Source: Podarcis liolepis
Lineage: Eukaryota
Reading direction: 5' to 3' (one strand)
Length of the DNA: 64,000 nt
Assembly (NCBI GenBank): GCA_965112155.1
Contig: OZ218098.1
Numbering within the stretch: the first letter of the stretch is position 1; the number at the start of each line of letters is the position of its first letter. A program made the translations under genes and the position numbers. Below are positions 13,093 through 27,300 of the stretch, in pieces. The notes beneath the pieces are model-generated. The model was not told where the DNA came from and did not search any database. It worked only from the letters and a program-made list of their open reading frames with translations.

Positions 13093-15761
13093 TCTGAGTG
13101 AATTATTAGTGGATGACACATAGATTCCTGTGCTGGAGTTCACACAGTGCTATATTAGCAGTTCATACATCTACTTGTGCAAGAGGTTGTGTGATGTATC
13201 ACACTACCTATGTTGAACAAGCAGATGCACATCAGAGTTTTGGTCTTCTTGCCCTATCCTGTTGTCAGTATGTAAAGTTGCGGAAGACACCTTCCACATG
13301 TGGTAGGTCATTTCCAGACTGCTGTGCTCATTCCTAGATACAGACTTTGCAAAATACTACTATATTCTCTCATTATCTGCTAAAACCATTTGAGTTTGTG
13401 TAACATGTTTAAAATAACAAAAATACAAATATTACAGCTGATAATTATTCTATATAACAACTAACCATACCCTTTCCTTTCTTTTTGAAGCACACTTTCT
13501 GATGTTTTCTGCTGTCGCCTTCTCTAACATTGTATTGATTTATTTAACACATTTTTATCCTGTTCTTCAGCCAAAAACAGGGACCTGGAGCAGCTTACAA
13601 ATGAAAATGAAAAGACAGTCCCTGGCCTAAGGCTTAACACAGACTTACAAAGCTGCTCGTAAGTTTGTTCAGATGCACAGCTCTGCCCTCACAAAGTATA
13701 GGAGCAAACTCCCTAAAAAGTTCTCGACTTCTTATGGATGGAGCTTCTGAAATATGAACCATCAGTAACAACTTTGCTCAGGTTGCAACCATTTATGCTT
13801 CACATAAACAGCTCTTAAATCAAAACCTTCTCCCAATAGAAATGCAACCAGCCAAGGTCACTGCCTCAAGCACTTGGCTTGTGCATTTGTTTCCTCTTAG
13901 GATACTAGTCATCTTTCTCAGTTTTGTTTTTCCAGTACATGCTGCATATTTTCTTACGGGTTTGCAGAGCAGAGCCTCGCATTACCTATAATAATAGGGA
14001 CTGTTTGTGTAGCAAAATGTACATCAAGAATGAAATGAAAATGGGGGAGACTTTGAACAATTTAGGACTATGTTGCCTAGCTGTTAAAATAATTGTTGCC
14101 GATTCTTTTGTAAACTAGCTACTGTTGTACAACATATCACAGAAGTGATTGTTTTTTTTAATCACTCCTAAAGCTTATAGAAACGTTATCTATGTAGACA
14201 CCTGAAATCTGAGTTATATAGTTAGGTTAACCTGGTGCTAATGCACCTTTTTGCTGGCTGCTCAAATAGTTAATAAACGACTAGAAATCTGTCCAGTGAC
14301 TTGGAAATATTACAGACTGGAAAACTGCGTGAAACCCAATCTTTCCAAATGGAGCACAGAGATAAAACTCTTTTAAAAAAATCAAAACATGGAATGGTGA
14401 TACTTTGCATACTTTAAAAAAAGTTCCTTTTATTGTCTTTGTTTCAGCCATCATGTTTAATGAATCAGGTTGGAACATACATAGCCTAGAAGATAGTATG
14501 TTATTTATTGAATTTATATCCTGCCGTTTCTCCTAAAGGAGCCCAGGGTGGCAAACAATAAGTAGCAATTAGCACATGGATTCCTAAAAAGGGTTGGAAA
14601 GCAGGGTTCTAGTCTGACTCCAACAAAATTTCAGAGTGTTCTGCCCTGACTATAACTTCTGAGAATAAAAACCTTATCACACAAAATGAAAAAAATAAAA
14701 TAAAAATCCCTCCCTCAGAGATGTGTTTTGGAGGTGAAATGGATGGGGAGCAGGAATGGAACACACAGAACCTTTTCTGTTTAGTGAGTGGAAATCCTTC
14801 CCCACAAATGTCTCCTCAGCACCAACTTTGCTAAGTTAGGACAAAAGCGAAACAGCTCCCTTACTCAAGTTGATTGTGGCGGCTGGTAAGATTTTTACTT
14901 GGTAGGGCTGCAAGTTTCAACCTTACAATATTTATTTATTTTTTCAGCCCATGAAATTTATGCGCTGCTCAAAGTGGTTTACAAAAGGAATGAAACAATA
15001 CAATTATGAGCAAGAACCATTAAACATTCAAAAAATTAAAACCAGGACTTGCACACCACTTATTTAGGAAAGTGTGCCATTAAACATATGCAGAATTCCA
15101 TTGTCCTCTCACTAAACAAAATATCAATCATTCTCTGCACATCTATGGACAGAGAAGGAGATTTTGCTTAAGAGGATCCAGGTATGATATTCAGACTCCA
15201 TACCTCTTATTTAGAAATCAAGCCATATCATATGGCATATGTTTTTCAATTTCTGTATTGATTACACCTAACATCCATTGCCAAAAAAGCTAAACAAGCA
15301 AAAAATTCTTTAAAAATAGAAGTAAGTAACAGTTGCTTCCAGGTGCATACAGTTTCCCTTGCCCTAAAGTAAATGTAACTTTTCATTTTCCAAAACATTT
15401 TCCACCCTTTAAATTTGAATCAAGTATTCCAACCAACAGAGAAAACAATGATTGCTTCATTTGAGCCAGGGCACATCAGAGCGCATCAGAATGTATTTAC
15501 AGTGCATGGCTCAGTCATGAAAATGTGAAGTAATAATATATGTTCGTGTGCAGAGTATATCACACTGAAGTAATCATAATCAACCTCTTTTGTCTGAGAT
15601 TAGGAAGAATATCTCCAAGGTTTGATGAAGGATGTAGAATCAATCAGAGTGACACCCAGACAGGCATAGAGCCCAAACTTTTCATTTTACAAATTCATTG
15701 TGGGGCGGGGGAAGCAAGCAAGAAATAAGAGCAAGAACATTTTGCTCAGTTCTGCAGTCCA

Positions 15762-15884
15762 TAGGCTTGCCATACGTCTGGAAAATTCTGGACATGTATG
15801 GAAATCAGATGCCTAAAATGGTGGCTGGCGGGAAATTTTTGAATTTTAAGAGATGTCCGGAATTTCCTGCATGCATGGCAACCT
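15762..15884. mobile_element. Small MITE with (G)TTGCCATAC termini; related pieces at 21423-21554, 42371-42440 and 63951-64000
   Basis: Inverted ends AGGCTTGCCATACGTCTGGAAAATTCTGGACAT and ATGTCCGGAATTTCCTGCATGCATGGCAACCT. Confidence 0.7.
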
Positions 15885-18800
15885 GGGATTTTTTGGTTTC
15901 TGTTTGTGTGTATGTGTGTGCCACCGAAGCTTTCTGTCTTGCTTCAGCCACTGTCTGCTTCCCCTTTGGCCCTGTCCTCTGCCTCCTGGCACGTCTGCTT
16001 GGCCCACTGCTCTGGCTTCACCCACCATATTGCAACCATCTTTGTAGGGAAGAGAGAGCGACAGATGAACGCAGGCATGGGTGAGGCAAAGCATTCGGCA
16101 GGGAGGGTCTGCTCCAGGCATGGAGTGTATCCCTTTCTTGAGCACCTGTCTCTCTCTGGGTTCTGGCGGTGAACATCTCCCTTCTTTGATGGGGGTCATT
16201 TCCCCTCCTTGACGGCCTCTTTGGTCCTTCTCCCCCGGAGGTCTCTGGATCTCCTCCCCAGCTTTGCATCTCTGCACTCTGGGCTCGCTGCTCCGGCGAG
16301 GCCTTTGCGCTCCATCCCTTGTACATGGGGTGGGGGCTGCACCCTTGGGCTGGGCGCAGGGCTCTGCTGTATTCTGCTGCCCTTCCAGGCTGCCTCACAG
16401 CAGCAGCAGGAAGAGGGAGTCAACACTTTCTCCACCCACAGCTGAGTTTGAGGCAGGATAATAGGGGAAGCCCTTCACAATATGTCTGTATGTGAGGGGC
16501 GATATAGAAATAACCAGCAGGATGGCGGGCAGGTCGTCAGGCAATTCTTCCTCCTCAGCTTCTTCCTGAATCAAGATAATTAACAGTCCAACCCTATGCA
16601 TATGTACTGCTGTGTTCACTGAGACCTATTCCTATGCAAGTGTGAACAGGACTGCAACCTAAAGATGGTTTTTAGAAAGCTGATGAGCTTATCGAAGTCT
16701 GCTATCTTTTCACAATGTTTTATTGTACAAGATCTCACGAAACTAAATGCAGCCCATTAACCTTGTATGGTCACCAGTTGCAGATGGCATGGTGGAGCAG
16801 AGGCACTTTCCTGACCTCCTAGGCAGTGAGTCATTGATGCTTACTGGCATCAATGTATCAGCAGAACCAATCTGGCACTCCTGCCAATGTGTTTGCACTG
16901 TATCACCCTCACTGCCCAAGCAGCAGTGACTCACCTTCTGCATGGTCAGGTAACTCTCTGCACCACCACACCATCTGCTACTGGTGGTGACTAGCAGGGT
17001 TTGACATACTCCCTTGCTGTCTGCCTGGGTTATCTAGCTCTTGGTAAGTCTCAGTATATGGTTGATTACCTGCATTTAGCCATTGTGGGTCAGGCTATGC
17101 AGACCGGCATGAACAACTTTCTGTAATTGTAGACTCTAGAACTATAGAGCCCCGTGCAATGTGTACAACTGAATGCACAATCTAGAGAAGCCAAATACAA
17201 AAACTAGATAAATGCAGTAAATGCACACTTCTTCTTCTTGTTGTTAAAAAGCAGCTATCATGCAATTTCTTTGTTGCAAGGCTACCTCTTTCCATTGTTT
17301 GGGAACAAAATATTGCACTTCTGGCATAGGATCAAGATTAGCTCTACTTCAGCACTATATAAACCTAGGTGTTCTTGATTCACAAGAAAGACCCTGAGGG
17401 AGTTCTATACAATTGGTTTTGTGCAACTAGTGAATTACAGCTTCATAAGTGACATCACAGATGTGGATTTCATTATTTTTGTATATACAATCGACAATGG
17501 CTACCTTGAAAAAATACAGAGCTAATCAATTGACTACTTTAGCAGTTCTAAAAATAAGTGACTATGCCTTAGGCTACTACATACTGAGAGCCTGTAAGTT
17601 CAAGGACTAGATAAAGAAGCTGCCATTTTTATTCTGAATGTTAATCTTCAAAAATAGCCCATCCCCCTGCACAGTTTGTTATTGTCAGAAACACTGTTAT
17701 GTATATTGTGAAGTAAAAATAAGCCAAGATGGGGAATGTTTTAGACCAAGGTAATAGAACTGTACGAGAACAGAATAGAGATGTTTTAATCATGCTTGCT
17801 GCTGATCTTTATATGTATATGTATATAAAATTATTAATCTGAGTAGTTAGGGGGGGGAATGACACAATGACAGTTAATTATAAGTAATCCTGCAGCACTT
17901 CAACACAGACTAATAAGAACAGAGAGCTCTGCCAGCAGTTGGTTATATCCTCAAGGGGGAAAAGTGATTTATTTTATTTTTTGCCTAAAATAATTTCACT
18001 TGCTTCAGATTCAAAACTGAAGTATAATTTGCTTAGTAAATATACCAGATGATTGGTTTCTAGTACTCAGAAAATCAAGAATGTAAGAAAGGAACTGGTT
18101 GTTTAGATCTAAATGCCTGTGGAGGTTCTTCAAGAAGCCAAGTTGGGAAAGAGACTTATCCACGTCTTGCTTTATTCAAATAACCACAGCAACTGAATAA
18201 AAACCCTGGCCCTTCTTAGAGGACCATGCCCATGCCATCATGTGGGATGAGGGACTGGTCACCATTTAATTTCCAGGAGGGCTGTTGCACAATACAAGCA
18301 GAAGGTTCATGGATCTTCTTGGACTCCATTTGCAAAGGAGACAGATCAGACCCTTCTGCTTCCTCATATTATCTATAACAGAGGTGGGCAGAAAGTAGAG
18401 CAGATTCTACTGGTAGATCTCTGGGTGATTTGCAGTAGGTTTACAAAGATTTCTGACTCCCAATGGTTTGACAATAGCAATAAATGAAAAAGGGCTCTGA
18501 CTCAAATTTTGCTGTTGAAATTAAGGATGCTTAGGAAGCGGAACCCAGTCTGGGTTTGTGGGTGACAGAAATGCAAGCTGTGTTCTGTTACTGAAAACAA
18601 ATTCCCTGGGCTAAGCATTGCTCAGAGTTATCCTTTTCTTAATTCTAAATGTATGCCTGCTCCATGAACCACTATGCTTCACTAAAACCTGGCTGATGAT
18701 CTTGGGATTCTACCTAAATCCTGAAGGTGATCATGTAAAATAGCAGTCTGTTCACTCCTATTCTCTAATTCTCAGAGAATTCAAAGGAAAGGTGTTCACC

Positions 18801-19681
18801 CAAGGAGGAGGTCTCTTGCTATCTAAGAGCTGGTAAAAGGATTTGTGGAGCTTTGTGTACATTCTTTAGTGGATTTTACTCTTACTAATCACAGGAACAA
18901 TGCTTTATTAATTACCACTCCTTTGTGAGAAGTTGAGCACTGTTAATCCCCACAGAGCCATAAGAGGAGAGGACTTGCATAGCACCTTGAGGCTTCTATA
19001 CAACGTTGGTCAGACTTTCTGAATTTGGCTGCTTTTTTTATCTCCTCCTAACCTAATATTAGTAATCTGCTGCATTGATAAGCATGTGGAGAGACTCATC
19101 TTCAGTTGCATCTAGACTGCTACTGCATGCAAGGATCATATAAATTGGAGGTAAACAGCAAGAGGAGTATTAGAAGAGAGATATCACAGGACATATCTGA
19201 TTCTTTATTAAAATAGCAAATCAGGAAGGAATCATCAGCAGAATAAAGAAGCAGCTCTTCCTGAGCTTCTTTAGCCCCAAATCAGTTTGAGTTCATGAGG
19301 GCACTGGAGGTGCAGTCATCTCCACTAATTCAAAGGGAATCAGGAAGGGTCCTCTGCCAGATGGATATGGGAAGCAAGTCCCCACCTGCTGTAGAACCTT
19401 ATTCCCCCTCCCCATGTAATTTGTGCCCTCCATTAGGTCTCCTATAGACCCCAGTTTGAGTATCACTGGCTGTAATGATCCAAAGATGCTTGAATTCCAC
19501 TCTTGCATATTTCCCTCATAAAGATCAGCCTGACTTCCTAACAATTAATGCTGTCGTCACAGTACCATGGACAGCTCCCAAACACACGTTCTGTGTTCTT
19601 TCTCTTAATCCATATTCTTAGGAGGCGCTCTTTGAATCCCAACCTAAAAGCTTTATTCTACATGTTATTAAATTAGTGGTG

Positions 19682-19772
19682 AGATTCCTGTATTGCAAGT
19701 GGCTGGGCTAGATGACCCTCAAGATCCCTTCCATCCCTACAATTCTATGATACTATGGGTGTATGATTCTAT
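19682..19772 (+). mobile_element. CR1/POM-type 3' tail; another on the minus strand at about 37-105
   Basis: ATTCCTGTATTGCAAGTGGCTGGGCTAGATGACCCTCAAGATCCCTTCCATCCCTACAATTCTATGA. Confidence 0.7.
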
Positions 19773-22669
19773 TTTTAAGAAATACTAGTTAAAATGTTTT
19801 TTTTTAAAATAAAAACAACCTCTTTGAAGCATCGGGCATCCCTATTTATTAAATTATTGTATTAGTGCTCAGATATTCATGCAAAGGCAAGCCTGCCCAA
19901 TTTGCAAGACATCAAGTCAAATAAATATAGTTCAACAGCAGTAGAACTGCCCAGACTAGCAGGAGAAACATGGTGTTTATGAAGCTGTCACGCATGGCTG
20001 GTGTGCTGTGTTTGACTTCGTGGGTTTCAGACTGTGCAGGTCTGATGTAAATATTTTAAATACCATTTTCTTATATGATCCATATAATTCCAAAGTCAGC
20101 TGTGCCTATTCTCTATATCAGCCATTCCCTCTTTCCATAACAGATTTGAGTTTTCAATGCAAGGTTATTCTGACTGCTCTATCTAAAATTGTCACACAAA
20201 GGCACATGTAGGGAGCCTGGTTTACAATTATACAATTGCTGGCAATTTCAGTATTAGACTCCAAAAGGCCTTCAAAACTAGAAAAGATTAAATTGCACTG
20301 CTGTCAAGAAGTCTGCATAATCAGGGTCATGAAATGCTATGCAGAAAACTCTTTGGAAGAATTATATTAGAATTTTAGGGTTGGTTCACACATACACATG
20401 ATTGGCATGTGTGGATGAGCTATCAGATTAAGCTCTATTTTCAATATAAATTCACATCATGAGAATCCCACTTCTTCTGTTTAGTTAATTAACACACCAG
20501 TTGAATCAAGGGCTGAGTACTCAAGTGACCAGAAACCAAGTTTATGTACATGCATATAGGAATCTTGCACTGCCTTTGAAAAAGAAAACAAGTTTCTAGA
20601 TCTTCTGGTTTATGGAGAAGGTTTTAAAGTCTGCTAATGTCTTGGCAGTAAAAAAAAATAAAAAATTCCCCTGAACCATAACTTGCTTTTCAGGGACAGT
20701 CTTGTCAGAACAGGCATAAGGCATCAAGGATGAGACAGGGAATCCCAATGATTCCCTTACAGCACAGGGAGTGGCTGTAAAACACCTGTCCTTTTCCCTT
20801 TCAGTTTGAAGAAGTAGGGTTGACCTCATTTCCCTCTTTGTCTTTGCATTGCAATCAACAGACTTTGTTGCCACTGATTGAAATGTTGATCTAATCCTCA
20901 GTTGTGCCATTCCACCATGCTTGTGGGGAAGGAGGTTTCCTGCTTTTTCTTTTTGATTAAAAGCACCACTTGTATGTTTATGCAAATGAAAGTTATTTTA
21001 AAACAAACCCTCTCAAACATCTTTTTAAAAACTTTGGAAAAAGTTATCTGGGCTGGGAGCATAGATTCAAAACATCACAGGCACCCCTCATTCTGAATTT
21101 TATACCACAAAGTTTCCCAGTGAATTGGCAAATGGCAAAACTCATTTTCCCTAGTGGTGTTGCCAGTACCCATAATTAGCTTGGTATGTATAATTTAATT
21201 TATTTGGCTCGTAACGCTCAGCTATTATGTTCCCAGAAACATCTTCTCTGATATTAAAACAGATTATGTGCATTTAGACCAAGAGAATTAGAGTGGTGAT
21301 ACTCTTTAATGTTAACCACTTATTCTCAATTAAGCCTTCAGTAAGCTTTCAGTAATTGCTGTGAATACATGTCAGGATCACTCAGATAAGCAGCTTTTTG
21401 TTGGGTGAGTATCCTGACTATTTGGGCTGCCATACATCCAGAATTTCTAGGACATAGTTAAAAGCAGTGTCTGGATGGAAAACTTGAAGCAAAGCTAAAA
21501 AAAGCTCAACAACGTTTGTGTCCAGATATCCACTTTTTGAAATATGGCAACTCTATATTTGGTTAAATCAATAAACTCTTTCATTCCTGGGAACATTTTT
21601 ATGGGGTCAGAGTTGACTTTCCAAACAGCAAACCACCATGCATGATGCTACTAAAAGTGGATGCAGGGCAGGTGAAAATAAAGCAGTTTCCAGAGATCTT
21701 CAGTTACATCATTAATGTTCCACCATGCACCATGCACAATGTCAGGTTCAAAAACTAGTTTCTGACGTTGATAATGATTTTTAATTTTGTCTCCATTCAT
21801 AATGGAGCCCTGCTTTGAAATAGGTGAGCTGTGGGTCAGGTGAAGCTGATTCAACTTCTCCAGGGAACTTCTCTAAGGAACTTCCAATTTTCTTCCAATT
21901 GCTCTTCCTTCCCTTGCCTACCGCCACCACCACTGTGGTCAAACTTTATTTCTTCATGCACCCTTAAATATGGTACAGTATGAACTATGAATCACTGGAT
22001 GTAAATAAGAAAGCATGAAGAGAGGAAGTGGAACTGCAAAAGCCAGAAGAAGCTGTAGCAATGATTGCTTTGGCAAGAGAGGCCAGGAATGTGGTTGGCC
22101 CTTCTGACAATGGATACCAATGTCCTGGAGCAGCTTACATGATGCAATATTATTCCATCTTATCAGAACAGTAATAAATCAAAGGAAGAATATACTTGAG
22201 AAGCAAATCTGAGCTTGACAACAGGTAGCATGCAGCCACCTTCTCTAGCTGTATGTTCAAGACTCCAATCAGGAAAGGTTAATAGCTTGTGAATTTCTTT
22301 GCCAGGCTTCTCTTGTTTTGCATGACAGGTAAAATTCCTGCCCTCTTAAAATGGTTGAATAATTGGGGAGGGGAAATACATTGCTTTAAGCTACACTTTA
22401 CTAAAATTTCATTTCCTCCTTTCCCCAGCATCTTTGATACATAGCCCATCAGGGAGACAGTGTTGACCACTGTACTTTCTAATTGTCCTTTTCAAGTGTT
22501 GTAATACTTGCTATATATTAAAAAAACAACTCATAGCAATAGGCTTCCCAAATATTTATCTCTCCTCTCTTGTCGCTGATAACTCAAGTTTTGACTCATA
22601 ACCTTGTAATACAATCTTTTTGTTACGTCAACACTCTTCACTGGCAAATCACCCACCAGCCAAGGGAAC

Positions 22670-22949
22670 TGGTGTGGCAGCTGGTGCCCATTGGTATGGT
22701 AGGGTGGAAGGCCAACAACAGGTGGAACCAGAGTCGATGGTAGACAGAGCCAGAGACAATGAGGGGCAGAGCCAATTAAATCCAGCTTTGCTCTTGTTGT
22801 CCTCCTTGGTGAATTCTGCAAGGGCAACACTGAGACCAAGGAGAAGCAAGCTGACAATGCCATCCTTTTGGAATGGTCATAGATAGGAAGACAGGCAGGC
22901 AGCTGGCTGAGGTTGGTGGGGCTGTGTCTGATTTGGATCAACCTCCACT
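22670..22949. mobile_element. Probable non-autonomous DNA transposon
   Basis: GTGGCAGCTGGTGCCC start, repeated AGAGCCA motifs and a CCACTG end; a related fragment lies near 2560-2625. Confidence 0.45.
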
Positions 22950-25900
22950 GGTAGAAGGACAAGCCAGTGTGATATCACGGGTAAATAATGTTTAGCCGGC
23001 AGAATGCTTCTATGCTTTAAATATATAGCCAAGAAAAAATATATACTTAGCTTTCTAAGAGGACTGGCCCTTACATGAAGCAGAGTAAAGATACCGCCTT
23101 GGGTGACAGATGCAGTGAGTGGTGGCAAGGTGTTGGAGCAACGTGTGCCAAGTGGAGGACACTGTCCCATCCCGAGTGCTGAACTAAGATTTAACTGCCA
23201 GTCCAGTCAGCTTCTCTTCGTGGAATGGAGTTGGGAAGGATGCCATGCTGCCTCAGGCACCAAAAGTCTTGGGCCAACCTTGCTTCCAACCACGTCTAGC
23301 ATTCTTCTTTGCAGATCAGCTACTACATCAGCTATAGGAGGAGCAAGGCAGTATTCAAAGCACCGGCATAGTGGAAGACTACTTGGAAGTTCCTTCCATT
23401 TTTATGTGCATTGTAGCTGAGGTTTTCATCCATGTAAATGTGTGTATGTGGAGCGGGGGGGGGGGGCTTTATCCTCCTAAGCTAGAGAAATCATTATGAA
23501 ATAATGTATTTTCTCTCCCTACACAAATATGTGGTGAAGTATAGTAATATAACACTTGCAGAAGTTTGGGCTGCAGTTTTCTCTTCTAACAAACTTCCTA
23601 ATAGAAATAGCATTGGGATTCACCTCCACAACCACTTGCCTCTCAGTATCTCTGTCTTTCCATCCCCAAATAAAGTAGCTGTGATTGGCTTGTGAAATAA
23701 ATGTTCTGTTTACTTGCACAGAAGTGGCAAAAAAGCAGCGGCTTTATGCCCTAATCTTGCTTTGCCTGATATTTTGGGTGCGATAGAACCTATTTGGTAA
23801 CCAGTGTGGTACCTGCAGATAATGAGGAACCTGATTGGACTGGGAAACATCTCCATAGCATCCGCATTCAGTCATTATCTGATCCACCACCACTAGTAAT
23901 AGTCTAGCTAAATATTCTGTCTATCTGCATTTTTTCATATGCTCTGGGGATCTGCTGACCTATCCTATCTTGAAAAGTTGTTGTTGCCACAAAATGAGGT
24001 GCTTTCTTTTCTTTCTTGCTTCTTCATTATTTCATTCTGTTTTTGCTGGGGTTTCTCTCTGCCTCTCTCCTCCTCGCCCACTACACAGGAATATTATTAA
24101 ATGGAATGTTTTGTTAATCAATCTGTGCTCAAGCTGCCAGGCAAGGAGATAATACCCTGTGTAAACCATGGATGAATGACTTCCTGCCTATCTCCTCTGC
24201 TCTTCTAATTGCACATGACAACACTCAGAGGGGCCCCTGTGAATCTCTGGCACTGACAGAGCAGAGGAGACACCAGCTTCCCGTTGCTACTCTCTGTTCA
24301 TTAGCATTGATGCCGCTGAGCATCCATCCCTAGGGATGAGATGGGGAGTTCTTTATTCCTTTCCTTTTCTAGGCCTCCTAAACCAGCTCCGATCTAAAAA
24401 TATATCTATGATAACTAAGAAAACAGCTGGTTGACCAATACACAACAATACTTTTAAAACAAGGCCTTTCCGTAGGTAGTTTCATGCCCAGCACAACAGC
24501 TCTCCTTGAGTAGTTTCATGCCCCCAGCTGATACCTCTCCATTCTTGCTGACCCCTCTGTAGCATGTACCACCATCTGGGCCATTATATTGCATAGTCCT
24601 TTGGGATTTTAGACCTATTATCTGCTTGGCTGTTTGCTTCCACTACTGGAATAGTTATCACAGGAGAAATTAGGTGATAAAAGAGTACAGAGTTGCTGTG
24701 GTTGAGATATGCCAGTATAAATAATGGTGTGTGTTCTCTTAGGCTCAAGGATCGTCTTAACCATTCCTATCCAGACAGAGGTCTGATGGGAATAACAAGA
24801 TTTTGCTTCTAATTAGATGTGTTTCAGATAGGAGAGTCAGTTGTGTTCCTTCCTGTCTTCTTGCCATAAAACACAGTCCCAAGTGTTTTGCAATTGTCTA
24901 AAGCCAGAGAACAACAAGCAGCATTTACAGATCCAGTTAATCACCTTGAAGTCCAATGGATTGCAGTGGGAAAATTAAGCAAACCACTTGTATTGAAATC
25001 AATGAGGCTTTAAAGTCCATAATGTTTACTAGATCACACCCAACAGTTCTGGAGCAAATTGAAATGGCATAAAGGAGACGTGTTCCCTCTGGAATATGCA
25101 AATATTTATTTTGCTCACTCTTGTGTCTGACCATATGTTTTTGCGGGATTTTCTGGTAGTCAAAATGTCTGCAAAGTCTGTAAACAGAGGCAATCATGAA
25201 ATGAACATACACTGCAGACAAGGATCCTTCCTTCAACAATTTTTTTGGGGGGAGGGATTTTGTGTCACCAGCTTCTGTTCATTTCTAGAGTTATCTCCCC
25301 ATCACCACCTAAGAGACAATAGACATGTACTAAAATTTTATGGAAAAGATTTAATTTTAAATTTGATCGCAGACTTATCCCAGTAATGCTTTGTTTATGT
25401 GTTATTATTTATTGCACCTCCTCCAGAAACCATTCTGTACGCCTAGGGTGATGAACTCCACAAAATAAACATTCAGCAGGAAATAATTAAAGCAAATATT
25501 TCAGGAACCAGCCACATGCTCAAGAGGTGCTTGTTCAAACTTTTCCAGGTATGTCAGCAAATAATTATTTCCATCCAGAAATGAACCAGGAGTATTTCTT
25601 TCAAAATGAGCTGGTATTTGTAATGAGTCAGGCTGACTGCTTCTAAGACAGGAAAAGGAAGAAGACAGTGACCCTATGTATTAGTTATAAAATGGGAACT
25701 TTCCATATTGCTTGTTATAATCCAAGGGGGTTTTGTGAGAAGAATCATCACAGTGATACATTTGTTAAATACATGGCGCTAAATTCAGACTTCCTTTGCC
25801 TTTTGAGATTCAGCTTGCGTGCTCTCCTAGAAGCTCTTCAAAAGAACTGAAGATACAGCAGCAGGCTTCCCATGCCCATGGGACACAAGCAAAAAAAAGG

Positions 25901-26689
25901 GAGCACCCCTTGCCTGCCTGGTTTAGTATAGGACTTGCTTGAGCAAATGGCTTTGTGCCCAGCTTTCTTGGAACTATCAGTTGAGCAGCAGGGTTGCCAA
26001 AACGATGCACAATAACAAGCTCCAATCTACATAACACCTGGCCTATACAAACCAGGTCATTATGAATTTGATCCAAGCTGTCATTCACGTTGCTTTGTTA
26101 TTCCCATACAGGTTTGCACTACTCATCCATGAAAGGGAATCGTCTCTTAGCGTTTCCATTCTCACTTCCAGGTGCCATCCTCCTTACCTGAGCATCACAT
26201 AGGAGGACTTGCAAGATCCATTTAAGCAACAGGGACAGCGATGAAAAGAAGAAGCATCTGAATGCTAGATGAGGCAGGAGGATAGCTGGAGGAATCCTGT
26301 GGGTTCAAACTCCTGCTTCTGGCTGCTTGCACCAGGTTAGACATTCCTTTTTCTTTCACTGATACTCTGCTTTGCAATTCTAATTCCCCAAATGCCTTTG
26401 ATGAACTTTGGAAGGAATGCACATCTTAAAAATTTACTCAAGGAGTATATCTTTAAAATACAGTAGATGATATAGTATAGAATAGGAAGATGCAATAACA
26501 GTATGTGGTCCATCAAGCTCCTCCCCGTCCCCCAAATCCATACAGATTCTCACTGTCATCTTGTGGCATCCTATCTGCACAACAACCATTCCATATAAAT
26601 TCTTTTCCTGGGGGAAAGACTGCTGGGTTTTCCTGATGCACACAATAGGTTTTTATGTTGCATAGGCATTGTGTACAAAAAATGGAAAT

Positions 26690-27300
26690 TTGTTAAACTT
26701 GTCTGCCTATTCAGATTGCTCAGTTTCGGTAAACATGGTGGACATTTTGTGTAGGGAGTCACCTACCACCACCACCACCACCACATGTCTCTTTCTCCTC
26801 TGGGCAGTGGCAGGAATAGATAGTTCTATACACTGTACCTTCCACATCCACCTCAATGTATTCTGAGATCTGCAACTGCTGTTCTTGCTCTTCTGGCCCA
26901 GAATCGGTGTCTGAGGTGAGGGCATGGAATCGATTTTGCAGCTCCAGCAACACAACATTACTTCTGACAGTCCTGCTTCTGAGTGTCATGATCCTCCAGG
27001 GATTCATCTTCTGCAATGGACAATCTCCCTTCTCCTTAGGGGCACCCCACCTGTGTTGTTCCAGGGCAGTCCATTTTGCTGTATTTAGAACTTCCTTCTC
27101 TTGCTCAGTAGCTCAAAGTGTGTATAGGCAGGCCTCAAGTTGCTGTACCTTCTCTTGCACTTGCTGCAGGTGTAGCTTTGCACATTCTCAGGCAGGAAGG
27201 CAAACATGGCACAAGTGCTGCAGGCCACATGCCATCTATGTTTCTTGGTTCTATGTACACTGTGAGACAGCACTCTTGGCCTCCCCTTCAGAATACCCTC
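26690..27300 (-). mobile_element. CR1 LINE ORF1 remnant (zinc finger/leucine zipper through the start of the SGNH esterase domain)
   Basis: Frameshifted minus-strand peptides in the expected order: CSTCAMFAFLPENVQSYTCSKCK, EKVQQLEA, PWRIMTLRSR, LELQNRFHAL, KRHVVVVVVVGDSL. Confidence 0.85.

Noticed and set aside
21690-21890. Minus-strand peptide QLTYFKAGLHYEWRQ, faintly like Gypsy gag
   Set aside because: Too short, with no flanking gag, pol or LTR motifs; likely chance.
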